A stretch of 64,000 bases of DNA from a virus. The position numbers and the translations under genes are program-made. Below, piece after piece: positions 28,888 through 39,100 of this stretch; within the stretch, counting starts at the first letter, position 1, and every line of letters starts with the position of its first letter. The DNA lies in the IMG/VR virus record IMGVR_UViG_3300031576_000025, positions 1 through 64,000 of that record; one strand, written 5' to 3'. The notes beneath the pieces are model-generated. The model was given only the letters and a program-made list of their open reading frames with translations. It ran no database searches and was not told where the DNA came from.

Positions 28888-30921
28888 GTGGCCGGTATCG
28901 AGATTGAATTCGGGGTAGTTGACGCGGCCAGCCCCGTAATACAGCGCCTCAGCAAAGAACTTCTAGAGGCCGCGAAGTCCAGCGGACGATTTGCTTCTGA
29001 TGTTGCCGCCGCCAGCGGGAAGGCCGACGAGGCCCTGTCACGCATACCGTCAAAAGCTAAGGCGGCCGGTTCTAGCATGGGCGCTCTGGCGCAGGCCGGG
29101 GCTTCCCTTAAATCAGAAATAGCCGGGTTAGCTTCCGTGGCGGCTGTGACCGCGTTCTTCAAGGGCAGCGTGGAAGCGATTGCCGAAGAGGAACGCGCGC
29201 TGTTCCGTCTGACGCAAGCCCTGCGCCTGAACGGCGAAGCCAGCACCGCCAACATCACCAACCTAAAAGCATTTGCATCAGGATTGCAGGCCACCACCGG
29301 CGTGGCAGACGAACAGGTGATTGGCCTGCTGGCGCTGGCGCGGACCTACAGCACCAGCGTGGAAGGTGCGAAGCGGCTCGCTGAAGTTTCTATTGACCTT
29401 GCCGCGGCAATGGGGACGGAGCCGGTTGATGCACTGCGCAGCCTGGCTGGTGCGCAAGCAGGCATGGTGCGCGAGCTTGCCAAGCTGAACCCGGAAATAA
29501 AAAACCTGACAACCGAACAGCTAAAAGCCGGGTTCGCCACTGAATTGGTGGCGCAGAAAGTGCAAGGCACGGCCGTTGCGCTGCACCAAACCTTCAGCGG
29601 CGCACTGGCGGACGCGAAGAATCAGCTTGGTGAATTCCAAGAAGAAATCGGGGCCGGTTTAATCCCCGCGCTTCAGCCTTTGATTGCGAACCTGCGGAAG
29701 GTGTGGGAAACATTCAGGCTGCTGGGCACGTTCATAGCCGCATTCGGTGCCCAGCTCGTCGCTGACGTTGAACTTCATTTCACGCAGGCACAGGCGATAA
29801 TCAAGGGCACGGTTGAATTCATCGCCCTAACAGTGCGCGGTAAATTCGACGAGGCAACAGCAGCGGCCCAGCAGGCCATGTCTGGAATGTCGAATGCCAC
29901 GCGCGAACACGCGGACAAGACCGTTGTGATTTGGTCCGAGTTCGCCTCTGACGTGGCTGGCATCCAGGAAAAGTCCGCGGCAGCACAAGTTTCAGCTGCC
30001 GAAAGCACGGCACAGAAGGTTAATTTTATTGACGAGAAGATGCTGGAAAAGTTCAAAAAGAATAGGGAGGAAAGAGAACGGTCCATGCAATCTGCTAGTG
30101 ACAGGGTTGCCGCCCTTGAAATAGAAGCATTGCAATTGTCCGGTCAGGGTCTTGAAGCAGAAAAATTGCGGATACAGACAGAAAAGGAAGAACGTCTAAA
30201 GGCGTTGAATGAAATCGCGGCAGTAACCCCGCAAATAGAGGCCAAGATTAACGAGGCGCGCGTTCTGACCATGCAAAACGCCGCCCTAGCAGAACAAGCT
30301 GCTTTGGAGCAATTCGACGTAAGCGGTAAAGCAATCACCGCGCTTGGCGAGCAGGTGACCGGAAGCATAACAAGCGCATTCGGTGATGCATTCGCGGACA
30401 TGATTTTTGAAGGCAAGGACCTTGAACAAAGTTTATCAAATTCGTTTCGGCAGATTGCGAAGCGGGCCGTTGCGTCACTTATTGAAATCGCCATCCAAGC
30501 GGCCATAACGCAAGCAATAGTAGCTGCTGTCGGCGGCGGGGCTGGGGCCGGGGCTGGTGGCGGCGGCGGCGGCGGCGGTTTCATAAGCAAAATCATCGGC
30601 GGCCTACAGACCGGCGGCATCGTGGACAGGCCCACAGTCGCCCGCCTTGCGGAAGCAGGCGAACCCGAAGTGGTTGCGCCCGTGTCGCGCCTTATGACCA
30701 TGATAAAGGGGGCCGTCGGGGGCGGCGGCGTAGGCGGCGGTGTTGCCGTCACGGTCCACCAGCAAAACAATTTCACTTCGCCGCAGGGGTTCAGCGACGA
30801 GCAGGTGGCCCAGGTCATGCGCCGAATCGCGGCGTTCACGCGAAACGGTGCTGCCGAAGGCGGGGAATTGGTCAAGTCCATCCTTGCCCGCCAGGGCAAG
30901 GTGGAAGGGCAATCCGTGTGA
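28888..30921 (+). CDS. tape measure protein
   Basis: Long Ala-rich helical protein; C-terminal GGIVDRPT...AEAGEPEVVAP. Confidence 0.9.
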   Translation: MAGIEIEFGVVDAASPVIQRLSKELLEAAKSSGRFASDVAAASGKADEALSRIPSKAKAAGSSMGALAQAGASLKSEIAGLASVAAVTAFFKGSVEAIAEEERALFRLTQALRLNGEASTANITNLKAFASGLQATTGVADEQVIGLLALARTYSTSVEGAKRLAEVSIDLAAAMGTEPVDALRSLAGAQAGMVRELAKLNPEIKNLTTEQLKAGFATELVAQKVQGTAVALHQTFSGALADAKNQLGEFQEEIGAGLIPALQPLIANLRKVWETFRLLGTFIAAFGAQLVADVELHFTQAQAIIKGTVEFIALTVRGKFDEATAAAQQAMSGMSNATREHADKTVVIWSEFASDVAGIQEKSAAAQVSAAESTAQKVNFIDEKMLEKFKKNREERERSMQSASDRVAALEIEALQLSGQGLEAEKLRIQTEKEERLKALNEIAAVTPQIEAKINEARVLTMQNAALAEQAALEQFDVSGKAITALGEQVTGSITSAFGDAFADMIFEGKDLEQSLSNSFRQIAKRAVASLIEIAIQAAITQAIVAAVGGGAGAGAGGGGGGGGFISKIIGGLQTGGIVDRPTVARLAEAGEPEVVAPVSRLMTMIKGAVGGGGVGGGVAVTVHQQNNFTSPQGFSDEQVAQVMRRIAAFTRNGAAEGGELVKSILARQGKVEGQSV

Positions 30922-33680
30922 TTCCAGTTTCCGCCGGGTACCTGGCCGCGCAGGCGTCAAACGAATTCAAGGGCGCGCGCCGCATCACGCTATACCGCCG
31001 CAATTGGTCCGGCAGCGGTTGGGAAGGCGTGGGCATTGATATAACCAATGAAGTCATGTCCCCGCAGCGGTTGTCCGACAAGCTGGACACGGAAAAGCTG
31101 AACGAGTTTAAAATCGGGAACCTGGCGGTTTCGGTTGACAACAAGGACGGCCTGTGGGTCCAGGGCAGCACGCGGTTTCCAAACGGGACCTTCCTGCTTT
31201 TTAGGTCCAAGGTGGTTGTGGAATTGGGCATGGTTGTTGGCGGGGTGCCAGAGATTTTTCCGCGCTTCACCGGAATAATTGAGGACATGCCTGGTGGGGG
31301 GTCTACGCCCACCGTTAACCTGGACATTCGCAGCACCATGCAGATGCTCGAATCGGCGGATGCCGACAAAGCGGCGCTGACCGTTCTGGCTGAAAATCTT
31401 GGGACCGGCGATGGTGTGGCGGCTGAATTCTTAACTGACAACAGCGGGGTTGCCGAATTCAGAAACCTGGTTGTGGGCGGCAACCCGTTGCGGCCGGGGC
31501 AGCGGTGGAGCCAGGGACAGCTTGACGACCCAAACCTGCCAGGCAAAGTTTCATTCGCAAGCGAACCTGAAATTGGGGAATCCGTCTTGGCGGATTACCT
31601 GCGGTGGAAGCGGGACAAGCGCATAGAGGACGCGGTTGCTGACCTGGTGGCCGTGGTGGCGGACATGGGCGTGGACACCATACAGGCGGTGACTTTCACG
31701 CCGCCGCCCGTGCGTGAAATAGTCCACACCACCCAGGGCGACTTCATTGCCTACACGCAGAAGCGCACGCGCGTGCAGGCAGAGGCAGCGCCACCGCTTG
31801 GTGACGGGGTTATCACGCTGGACCCACTGGACACCAAGGCAGAATGGGACGCGCGCATCAATAGCAGCGGCGTCAACAACGGCAACCGCGTGCCAAACGG
31901 GCTGCACCCATTGTGGCGGCTGCAATACGAGGCCACGCACCTGCCAGAGGAAGAATATCACGCGGTAGAAGGTGTGCCGCTTCCATTTACAAGGTGGCAG
32001 GAAACGGTGTCGCTTGGTTCCACCCGCAGCGTGTCCAACAGCATCCTGACGTTCCACCATGCACCGGGTTTTGACAGTTTAATACACGGATTACTCAGCG
32101 GTGGCCCCGACGGAAACTACTTCAGCATCAGGGCCCGTATTGCCAGTAATGGTGGTAGCGCAATCTTGCATTACGCCGGATATTTTGGCAGCGGGCCACA
32201 AAAGGGGGCCACAATCCGCGTTACTGCCGGGCAAGTGGCACTGGAGTCCAGCATGGTGCAGACATTTGCCCTGGACACCGGCCAGTTCCACACCTATGAA
32301 GTATTCGTGGACACCGTTGCTGCGCAGGCTCGCCTAAAAGTTGATGGCGTGCAGGTGTTGTCCCAAGTCCTTGGGACCAGCAATCCCAACAATTTAGGCA
32401 TCAGCACGGTTGACCTATTGTTGCAAGACGCTGCTGGCTCCAGCACCTACGAGATTGATTTCATGCGGTTCAACAATGTGGAACCGCAGCCGCCGCTGCT
32501 GGATGCCACATTCGTGACGGACTATGACCCCCACCTTGGCGGCCTGACCAGCTTCTCGCTTATCACCACCCTTGGCCCATTTTTCGCCGTATTCCAAGGA
32601 GGGGCAAACAGCCCGGAGTTTTTTTGGTCCAGCAGCAACGACGGTATAAACTTCGGCCCGGAAACAGCCATCCCGCTTGGCGGAAACGTCGGGGCCTGGA
32701 CCGGAGCTGATTTTGTGCGCAAGGTGCGCCTGCGCGTCAAGTTCAGGGAAGGTGCGGACCCGGTGCCGGGTGCCATGACGCAGCTGTGGCTGCCAGGTAT
32801 TGCCCACCTGAAAATTGACGGCGGTACTGGCGTACAATCCTGGGACACGTGGACGCAGAAGGTGACGCCAAACAACGGGGCGGTCCAGGTGTTCACCGCT
32901 GGACACCACAACCTGACCAACACCGACAGCTTCTATGCGGCGCTTGGCGTAGGGGGCGCGATTCAGTCAGACAACGACCAATTTCTCGCCGGATTCGGGA
33001 TGCCAACGCACGTGAACTTCATCGTGCTTCTGAACACCGCAGGGTTGATTCTGCCGCAGCTGCGCGAGGGGATAATCAACCTGACGACCAACCAAATCCT
33101 GCTGACCCTTGCGAACTACGGCCGCGGGTCAAAGGTGCTGGCCGTGTTGCGCGAAATCACAGGAATCACCGACCGCGTTATTGGCGTGAATGGAAACGGG
33201 TCCTTCTTCTTTAAGGCCCGCACCGTGCCGGGCAGCCCGTCCAAGGTTCTGGACGACAGCAACGTATTGGAGCCACTGGCGTTTAGTCCCGGTTGGGAAG
33301 GCGTGTTCAATATCGTCCGCGCGACCTTCGGAAATTTCCGCGCGGTGGCGGACGCAGCCAGCGTGGGGGAGGGCAGCCCCACGTCAGAAAATCAGTTCGG
33401 GGACCGGCCGCTAGACTTGCCAGGCACCAGCTTGCTGTTCCAGAAGGACGTGGACCTAGCCACGGCGCTGGTCAAGAAGGCGCGCGAGCGCCTGCGGCTG
33501 CCCAAGCGGCGGCTGACCGTGCGCGTGCGGTGGATGCCAGAGGTGGAACTTCTGGACAGGGTGACCTACAATGTGGTAAAGCCGCGGCAAATCGGCCCGG
33601 CCAACCTGGACGCCATTGTGGCTGGGGCGACCCAGGACCCGGAAGGCTGGACAACGGAACTGGACCTACTGGAGATTTAA
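30918..33680 (+). CDS. tail tip/hub protein with lectin-like insert
   Basis: After TMP; FHTYEV...LKVDG LamG-like segment; hub-like C-terminus. Confidence 0.7.
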   Translation: MIPVSAGYLAAQASNEFKGARRITLYRRNWSGSGWEGVGIDITNEVMSPQRLSDKLDTEKLNEFKIGNLAVSVDNKDGLWVQGSTRFPNGTFLLFRSKVVVELGMVVGGVPEIFPRFTGIIEDMPGGGSTPTVNLDIRSTMQMLESADADKAALTVLAENLGTGDGVAAEFLTDNSGVAEFRNLVVGGNPLRPGQRWSQGQLDDPNLPGKVSFASEPEIGESVLADYLRWKRDKRIEDAVADLVAVVADMGVDTIQAVTFTPPPVREIVHTTQGDFIAYTQKRTRVQAEAAPPLGDGVITLDPLDTKAEWDARINSSGVNNGNRVPNGLHPLWRLQYEATHLPEEEYHAVEGVPLPFTRWQETVSLGSTRSVSNSILTFHHAPGFDSLIHGLLSGGPDGNYFSIRARIASNGGSAILHYAGYFGSGPQKGATIRVTAGQVALESSMVQTFALDTGQFHTYEVFVDTVAAQARLKVDGVQVLSQVLGTSNPNNLGISTVDLLLQDAAGSSTYEIDFMRFNNVEPQPPLLDATFVTDYDPHLGGLTSFSLITTLGPFFAVFQGGANSPEFFWSSSNDGINFGPETAIPLGGNVGAWTGADFVRKVRLRVKFREGADPVPGAMTQLWLPGIAHLKIDGGTGVQSWDTWTQKVTPNNGAVQVFTAGHHNLTNTDSFYAALGVGGAIQSDNDQFLAGFGMPTHVNFIVLLNTAGLILPQLREGIINLTTNQILLTLANYGRGSKVLAVLREITGITDRVIGVNGNGSFFFKARTVPGSPSKVLDDSNVLEPLAFSPGWEGVFNIVRATFGNFRAVADAASVGEGSPTSENQFGDRPLDLPGTSLLFQKDVDLATALVKKARERLRLPKRRLTVRVRWMPEVELLDRVTYNVVKPRQIGPANLDAIVAGATQDPEGWTTELDLLEI

Positions 33681-33681
33681 G

Positions 33682-36096
33682 GTGGCGCTAAAACAAATCC
33701 TAGACACCCCGGCAGCCTTCGCCGCCAACGTCGGCCAGTCCGGCATGGACCTTTCCGCCGTGCCCATAAAGCTGGTCACGGTCTTTACGCAGGTCCAGAT
33801 TGACGACTTCGAGGACGCGGTGCTGGACCCGAAGTGGCTGCGCAACGGCCAGCCGAGCAACTTCATCAGCTACCTGACCAACATAGACCAGGGCAGCGGG
33901 TCCTTCAACACCAGCAGCTTCCGCAAGGCGCAGACGTTCCAGACCGTGTCCAACACAAGCATTCGGCGCGCGTCCATGATTCTTTCCGCCAGCAACCCCG
34001 GCGCGCCACCGGGGAACCTGATTTGCGAAATCCAGACGACGACTGGCGCGCCAGGCAGTGAAATCCCGTCGGGCACGATTCTGGCTTCCAGCAACCCCGT
34101 CCCAGCCAGCAGCGTCCCCAACATAGGGCTTCCACCTTTCACGTTTTTCACCCATTTTGAATTCCCGACGCCGCCCGCGCTGACGGCCGGGACCAAATAC
34201 GCCATCGTCCTGCGCCAGACCGCCATCGGCGTGGACGGAATTTCAATCTACGGCGAAAAATCTTCCAGCGCAAACTACGCCGACGGGCGCGCGCTGTTCT
34301 ACACCGAATCAACGTCCACGTGGAACGTGGCCCTAAGTTTCTTCCCGTTCATTTATGACTGGTATTTCCGCCTGTGGGAACCGGACGCGGCCACGTTCCC
34401 AATTGAAACCGGCGGCGCGCTGCGGTTCGACTACACCAGCGCCACCGTCCCCATTCGCTTGGAAACCCAGTACAACGACAGCCCGCGCGATAGCTACGAG
34501 CTGGAAACGCGGTTCATTTGGAACCGCCTTGCAGCGTCCGGCGCTGCCGGTCTGAAGTTCAGCGTGGCGCTTCTGCAAGGCACAATCGCCCCGCTGCCGC
34601 TGTCCGAAGCCGACAAGGACGCCAAGCTGCTGCTGGAAATCCAGCTGCGCGGAAACCCCACCAGCGACGATTTCAGCATCCTGCCCATAATCGTGGACGC
34701 CAGCGGCAACAAGCGGGCCTACCCACCGTCCCCGGCGAACTGGAACGGGACGCCAGCGGACCCGGGCCATTTCCTGACCCCGTTCGGGGCCGCGTCCGGG
34801 GTCCCTATCACCGTGAAGGTGTCGCGTCAGGCGGACGGCGGGGTGATTGTCAAGGCGTGGAAGAACGACGACGAATCAGGCCAGACCATTTTCCTGACCA
34901 CGGCCAGCCCGCCGGTGCGCACCAACCTGACCGGCCTGGTCCACCTGAACATCGGCAACAGCCCCGACGTGTTCAGCAGCCGGTACGATTTCAGCTACTT
35001 TAAGCTGTCCGGCCCGACGGTGGAACCGCCGTCCGGGTTCGTCACGTTCCGGCGGCAGTTCGGTTCCCCCACCAAGGTGCAGTCCTTCAATTTCACCAGG
35101 ACCTTGCCGGTGGTTGGCGACGTAATAAACGTGCGCACCAGGACCGGGGACACGCTGGCCGCGCTGCTGGCCGCGACCTTCAGCGCGCCGCACCCGACCA
35201 CGACGGTTGGCAGCGTCGAAAGCGCCACGCCCTATCTGTCCCCCACCAAGTACATCGAATATCAGCTTGAATTCGTCCACGCCAGCCCCGGCCCCCTGCT
35301 GACCGGCTTCGACATCACCATGGCGGACGCCGCGGTTGTCGAAGATTCACCGACGATTTTTAGCCTGGACGCCAACGGGCCGGGCACCAGTTCTATCACC
35401 ACGACCGAAGGCGAAACGAACACGGCGAACACCAACAAGCTGAAGGACAACGACCCTGCCACCCAGTACGCCAGCACCAACGCCACCGACGGAACGGAAG
35501 TGGGAATCACCGTGTCCATTACCCCTTCCATTCAGCCGGTCAACTGCGTGCTGCTGCGCAACACCAACCTGAAGGGCGTCAGGGTGGAATGCCCGCCTGG
35601 GTCCACGGTCTTTGAGGGCGACTTGACGGCGGACGACGAACTGGTTACGTTCCCGCTGGTCAGCAGCCCGGGCGGCGTCAAGGTGGTGGGGAAGTCCACC
35701 AAGACGCCGAACCAAACCAAGCGCATCGGGGAAATCTATATCGGCGTGGTTCAGCTGGCGCTGCCCGGGTTCGACGAATACGCGCCCAACCGGCTGATTC
35801 GCCAGGGCGGCAGCTATGAAGCCCTGGGCGGCAAGCTGATAACCTTCAACGGGGTGAAAAAGTACGGCAGCACGTGGACGATTTCGCGCATCCCCGAAGG
35901 CACCCTGGCTGACCTGTTGACCATTTTTGAGGGGCAGCGCCAAGTGACGTTCTGGCCGGAACCCGGGGCGAAGCCGCGGGAGTTGTTTGACGTGGCGTGG
36001 GCGGTGGAAGAGATGCCGCACCCCTACAGCGAATTGGTCAAGACGGACGGCCACACAGTTGAAGGGGCCATGACGGAACTAGAAGGGCGCGTGTAA
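33682..36096 (+). CDS. tail protein with carbohydrate-binding-like domains
   Basis: AQTFQT...LTAGTKYAIVL beta-sandwich; distal-tail-like C-terminus. Confidence 0.7.
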   Translation: MALKQILDTPAAFAANVGQSGMDLSAVPIKLVTVFTQVQIDDFEDAVLDPKWLRNGQPSNFISYLTNIDQGSGSFNTSSFRKAQTFQTVSNTSIRRASMILSASNPGAPPGNLICEIQTTTGAPGSEIPSGTILASSNPVPASSVPNIGLPPFTFFTHFEFPTPPALTAGTKYAIVLRQTAIGVDGISIYGEKSSSANYADGRALFYTESTSTWNVALSFFPFIYDWYFRLWEPDAATFPIETGGALRFDYTSATVPIRLETQYNDSPRDSYELETRFIWNRLAASGAAGLKFSVALLQGTIAPLPLSEADKDAKLLLEIQLRGNPTSDDFSILPIIVDASGNKRAYPPSPANWNGTPADPGHFLTPFGAASGVPITVKVSRQADGGVIVKAWKNDDESGQTIFLTTASPPVRTNLTGLVHLNIGNSPDVFSSRYDFSYFKLSGPTVEPPSGFVTFRRQFGSPTKVQSFNFTRTLPVVGDVINVRTRTGDTLAALLAATFSAPHPTTTVGSVESATPYLSPTKYIEYQLEFVHASPGPLLTGFDITMADAAVVEDSPTIFSLDANGPGTSSITTTEGETNTANTNKLKDNDPATQYASTNATDGTEVGITVSITPSIQPVNCVLLRNTNLKGVRVECPPGSTVFEGDLTADDELVTFPLVSSPGGVKVVGKSTKTPNQTKRIGEIYIGVVQLALPGFDEYAPNRLIRQGGSYEALGGKLITFNGVKKYGSTWTISRIPEGTLADLLTIFEGQRQVTFWPEPGAKPRELFDVAWAVEEMPHPYSELVKTDGHTVEGAMTELEGRV

Positions 36097-36122
36097 CAGT
36101 TTAAAATTGGGTGCCGCCAGCA

Positions 36123-36131
36123 TGGTAGAAT
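36123..36131 (+). promoter_or_regulatory. extended -10 promoter candidate
   Basis: TGGTAGAAT in the short gap before the giant repeat gene. Confidence 0.4.
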
Positions 36132-36153
36132 CGCCAACGTGAGGACCAACCCT

Positions 36154-39100
36154 ATGAAAAAGCCCGCCGCCGTCGCCGTCGTCGCCGGTATCCTGCTTGC
36201 CGCGTTCGGCAGCCTGTGGCCGCTACGCGCCGAGGACGAATTGGCGCGCCGTGACGGCAACCGCACGCCGGTCATGCTGGGGGTGGTGGAAGGGACTGGG
36301 GAAATCCGCATGATTCGCACGACGCCGGACGGCGCGGTTATCATGTCCCCCGCTTCCGGCAGCCCTTCCCAGGCCGTGAACCAGGGCACGGCCGGGGCGC
36401 AGGAATGGCCGGTTAAGACCAAGAAGGGGACCAGCAGCATGGACGTTTCCGGGTCCACCGTTGGCGTCAGCGGGTCCACCGTCACCGTTCAAACCGACCC
36501 CGCCCACCCCATCAACGTCAACGTCGTTGCCGGGACCATAAACGCTGGCGTGTCCGGCTCCACCATCATCGTGACCGGCAGCACGGTCAACGTCGTCAAC
36601 GTCGTTTCCGCGCCCCTGCACGTCAACGTCGTGTCCGGGTCCATCAGCGCCGGGGTTTCCGGTTCCACGGTCCACGTCAAGAACGAGAACGGCGGGACGC
36701 TGGCCGTTTCTGCCAACAACCTGGACGTTCGGGACCTGTCCTTTGCCACCGACAAGGCCGACGTGACCGGCAGCGCCGTGCAGGTTTCCAACGCCGGTGG
36801 CGTGGCGGCCGTCAACGTGCAGGACGGCGGCAACGTGCTGTCCGTGGACGACGCCGGGGGAAGCCTGACCGTGGACGGGACCGTGGCCGCCACCCAGTCC
36901 GGTGCTTGGACGGTCACGGCCAATGCCGGGACCGGCACCCAGGCCACCGACCCCGTGGACCGGGCCGCCCGCGCGCTTGGCCGGGCCTTCCTGCGGGACC
37001 CCACCAACACCTTCAACATGGGCAGCGCCGCCGCGCCCGTGCGCGTGGACACGGTGGGCGTCACCACGGCCCCCGTCAGCGTGGACAGCCTGCCCCTGCC
37101 CGCCGGGGCGGCGACCGAAAGCACCCTTTCCACCATCAACGGCAAGCTGCCCGCCAGCGTGGCTGCCGACAGGACCGCCGCCGGGGCCCCGTCCGCCTCC
37201 CGCCTGTCGGACGGTGCCGCGTTCTACAAGGCCACCACGCCGTCCGACGTGCAGCCTATCAGCGCCACCGCGCTGCCCCTGCCCGCCGGGGCCGCCACGT
37301 CCGCGAACCAGGCCACTTCCAACGGCAGCCTTTCCTCCATAGACGGCAAGCTGCCCGCCACCGTCGCCGCCGACCGCGCCACGGCTGGCGCGCCCAGCGC
37401 CGCGCGGCTGTCCGACGGCACGGCCTTCTACAAGGCGACGACCCCAAGCGACACCCAGCCCATCAGCGCAGCGGCCCTGCCGCTGCCCGCGGGCGCGGCC
37501 ACCGAAACCACCGCCGCCACCATCGCCGGGGACACCACCAGCCTGGACGCCAAGGTGCCCAGCCAGGGCCAGGCCACCATGGCCGCGTCCCTGCCCGTGG
37601 CAATCGCCAGCGACCAGTCCGCCCTTCCTGTCACCCAATCCGGTGCCTGGGCCGTCACCGCGAACGCGGGCACGGGCAAGTTCAACACCACCGGGTCAAC
37701 GGTCAACGTGACGAACCAGGAGGGGACCAGCCTGGCGGTGAACGACGCGGGCGGGGCCTTGACCGTGGACGCCGTGAACCTGGACACCAGGGACCTGACA
37801 TTTGCCGCCGACAAGGTGGATGCCAGCGGGTCCACCTTGGGGGCCAACAACGGCGTGGATATCGGCAACGTCACCGTGGACAACACCGGCGGTGCCGGGG
37901 CCGTGAACGTCCAAGACGGGGGCAACAGCCTGACGGTGGACGACGGCGGAAGCAGCCTGACCGTGGACGGCACCGTGACGGCCAACGCGGGTACCGGCAA
38001 GTTCAATACGACCGGCAGCACCGTCAACGTGGCCAATCAGGAAGGCACCAGCTTGGCCGTGAACGACAACGGGGCCAGCCTGACGGTGGACGCCAGCAAC
38101 CTAGACGTGCGCGACCTGTCCAGCAGCCAGGACAGCATCAGCGCCGTGCAGTCCGGCGCTTGGACCGTCACCAGCCACCAGGGCACCGCCGCGGCGCAAT
38201 CGGGGCGCTGGCCCATGTTCCTGTCGGATGGGACCAACGAGCGCGGGACGGACACGCTGCCGCTTCGGGTGGACCCCACTGGCACCACGACCCAGCCTGT
38301 TTCCGGCACTGTCACGTCCAACGCCGGGACCGGCACCTTCAACGTGCAGGCGACCGCGGCCAGCCCGGCCGCCGCGCGCTTGTCGGACGGGGCGGCCTTC
38401 TACAAGGCCACCACGCCCGCTGACACCCAGCCCATCAGCGCCGCCGCCCTACCCCTTCCGTCTGGCGCGGCGACGGCGGCCAACCAATCCACCGCCAACG
38501 GAAGCCTGGCGTCCATTGACGGCAAGCTGCCTGCGGCCCTTACGGGGTCCGGCAACCTGAAGGTGTCCCTTGCGGAATCCACGGCCGTGCAGGCCGTGTC
38601 CCAGTCCGGCGCATGGACCGTGACCGCGAACGCTGGCACCGGGAAGTTCGACACGACCGGCAGCACCGTGTCTATCCACGGCTCAACCATCCAGGTCCGC
38701 AACGCCTTCGGGGAATCCCTGAATGTGGGCGACGGTTCCGGCCCGCTGACCGTGGACGGGACCGTGGCCGCCACGCAGTCCGGCAGCTGGTCCGCCGCCG
38801 TCAACAACGCCGCGGGCGCGTCCGCGGTGAACGTGCAGGACGGGGGAAACAGCCTGACCGTTGACGCGGCCGACCTTGACGTGCGCGACCTCACCAACGC
38901 TTCCGACAGCGTCACCTCCCACCAGGGCGGCGCTTGGACGGTCACGGCCAACGCGGGCACCGGGAAGTTCAACACCACCGGGTCCACCGTGAACATCGCC
39001 AACCAGGAGGGCACATCGTTGGCGGTCAACGACAACGGCGGCAGCCTCACCGTGGACGCTTCCAACCTGGACGTGCGCGACCTTTCCAGCGCCCAGGACA

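Noticed and set aside
28393-28888. Programmed frameshift in the tail assembly chaperone
   Set aside because: No clear slippery heptamer, and only 12 nt separate the stop from the tape measure start
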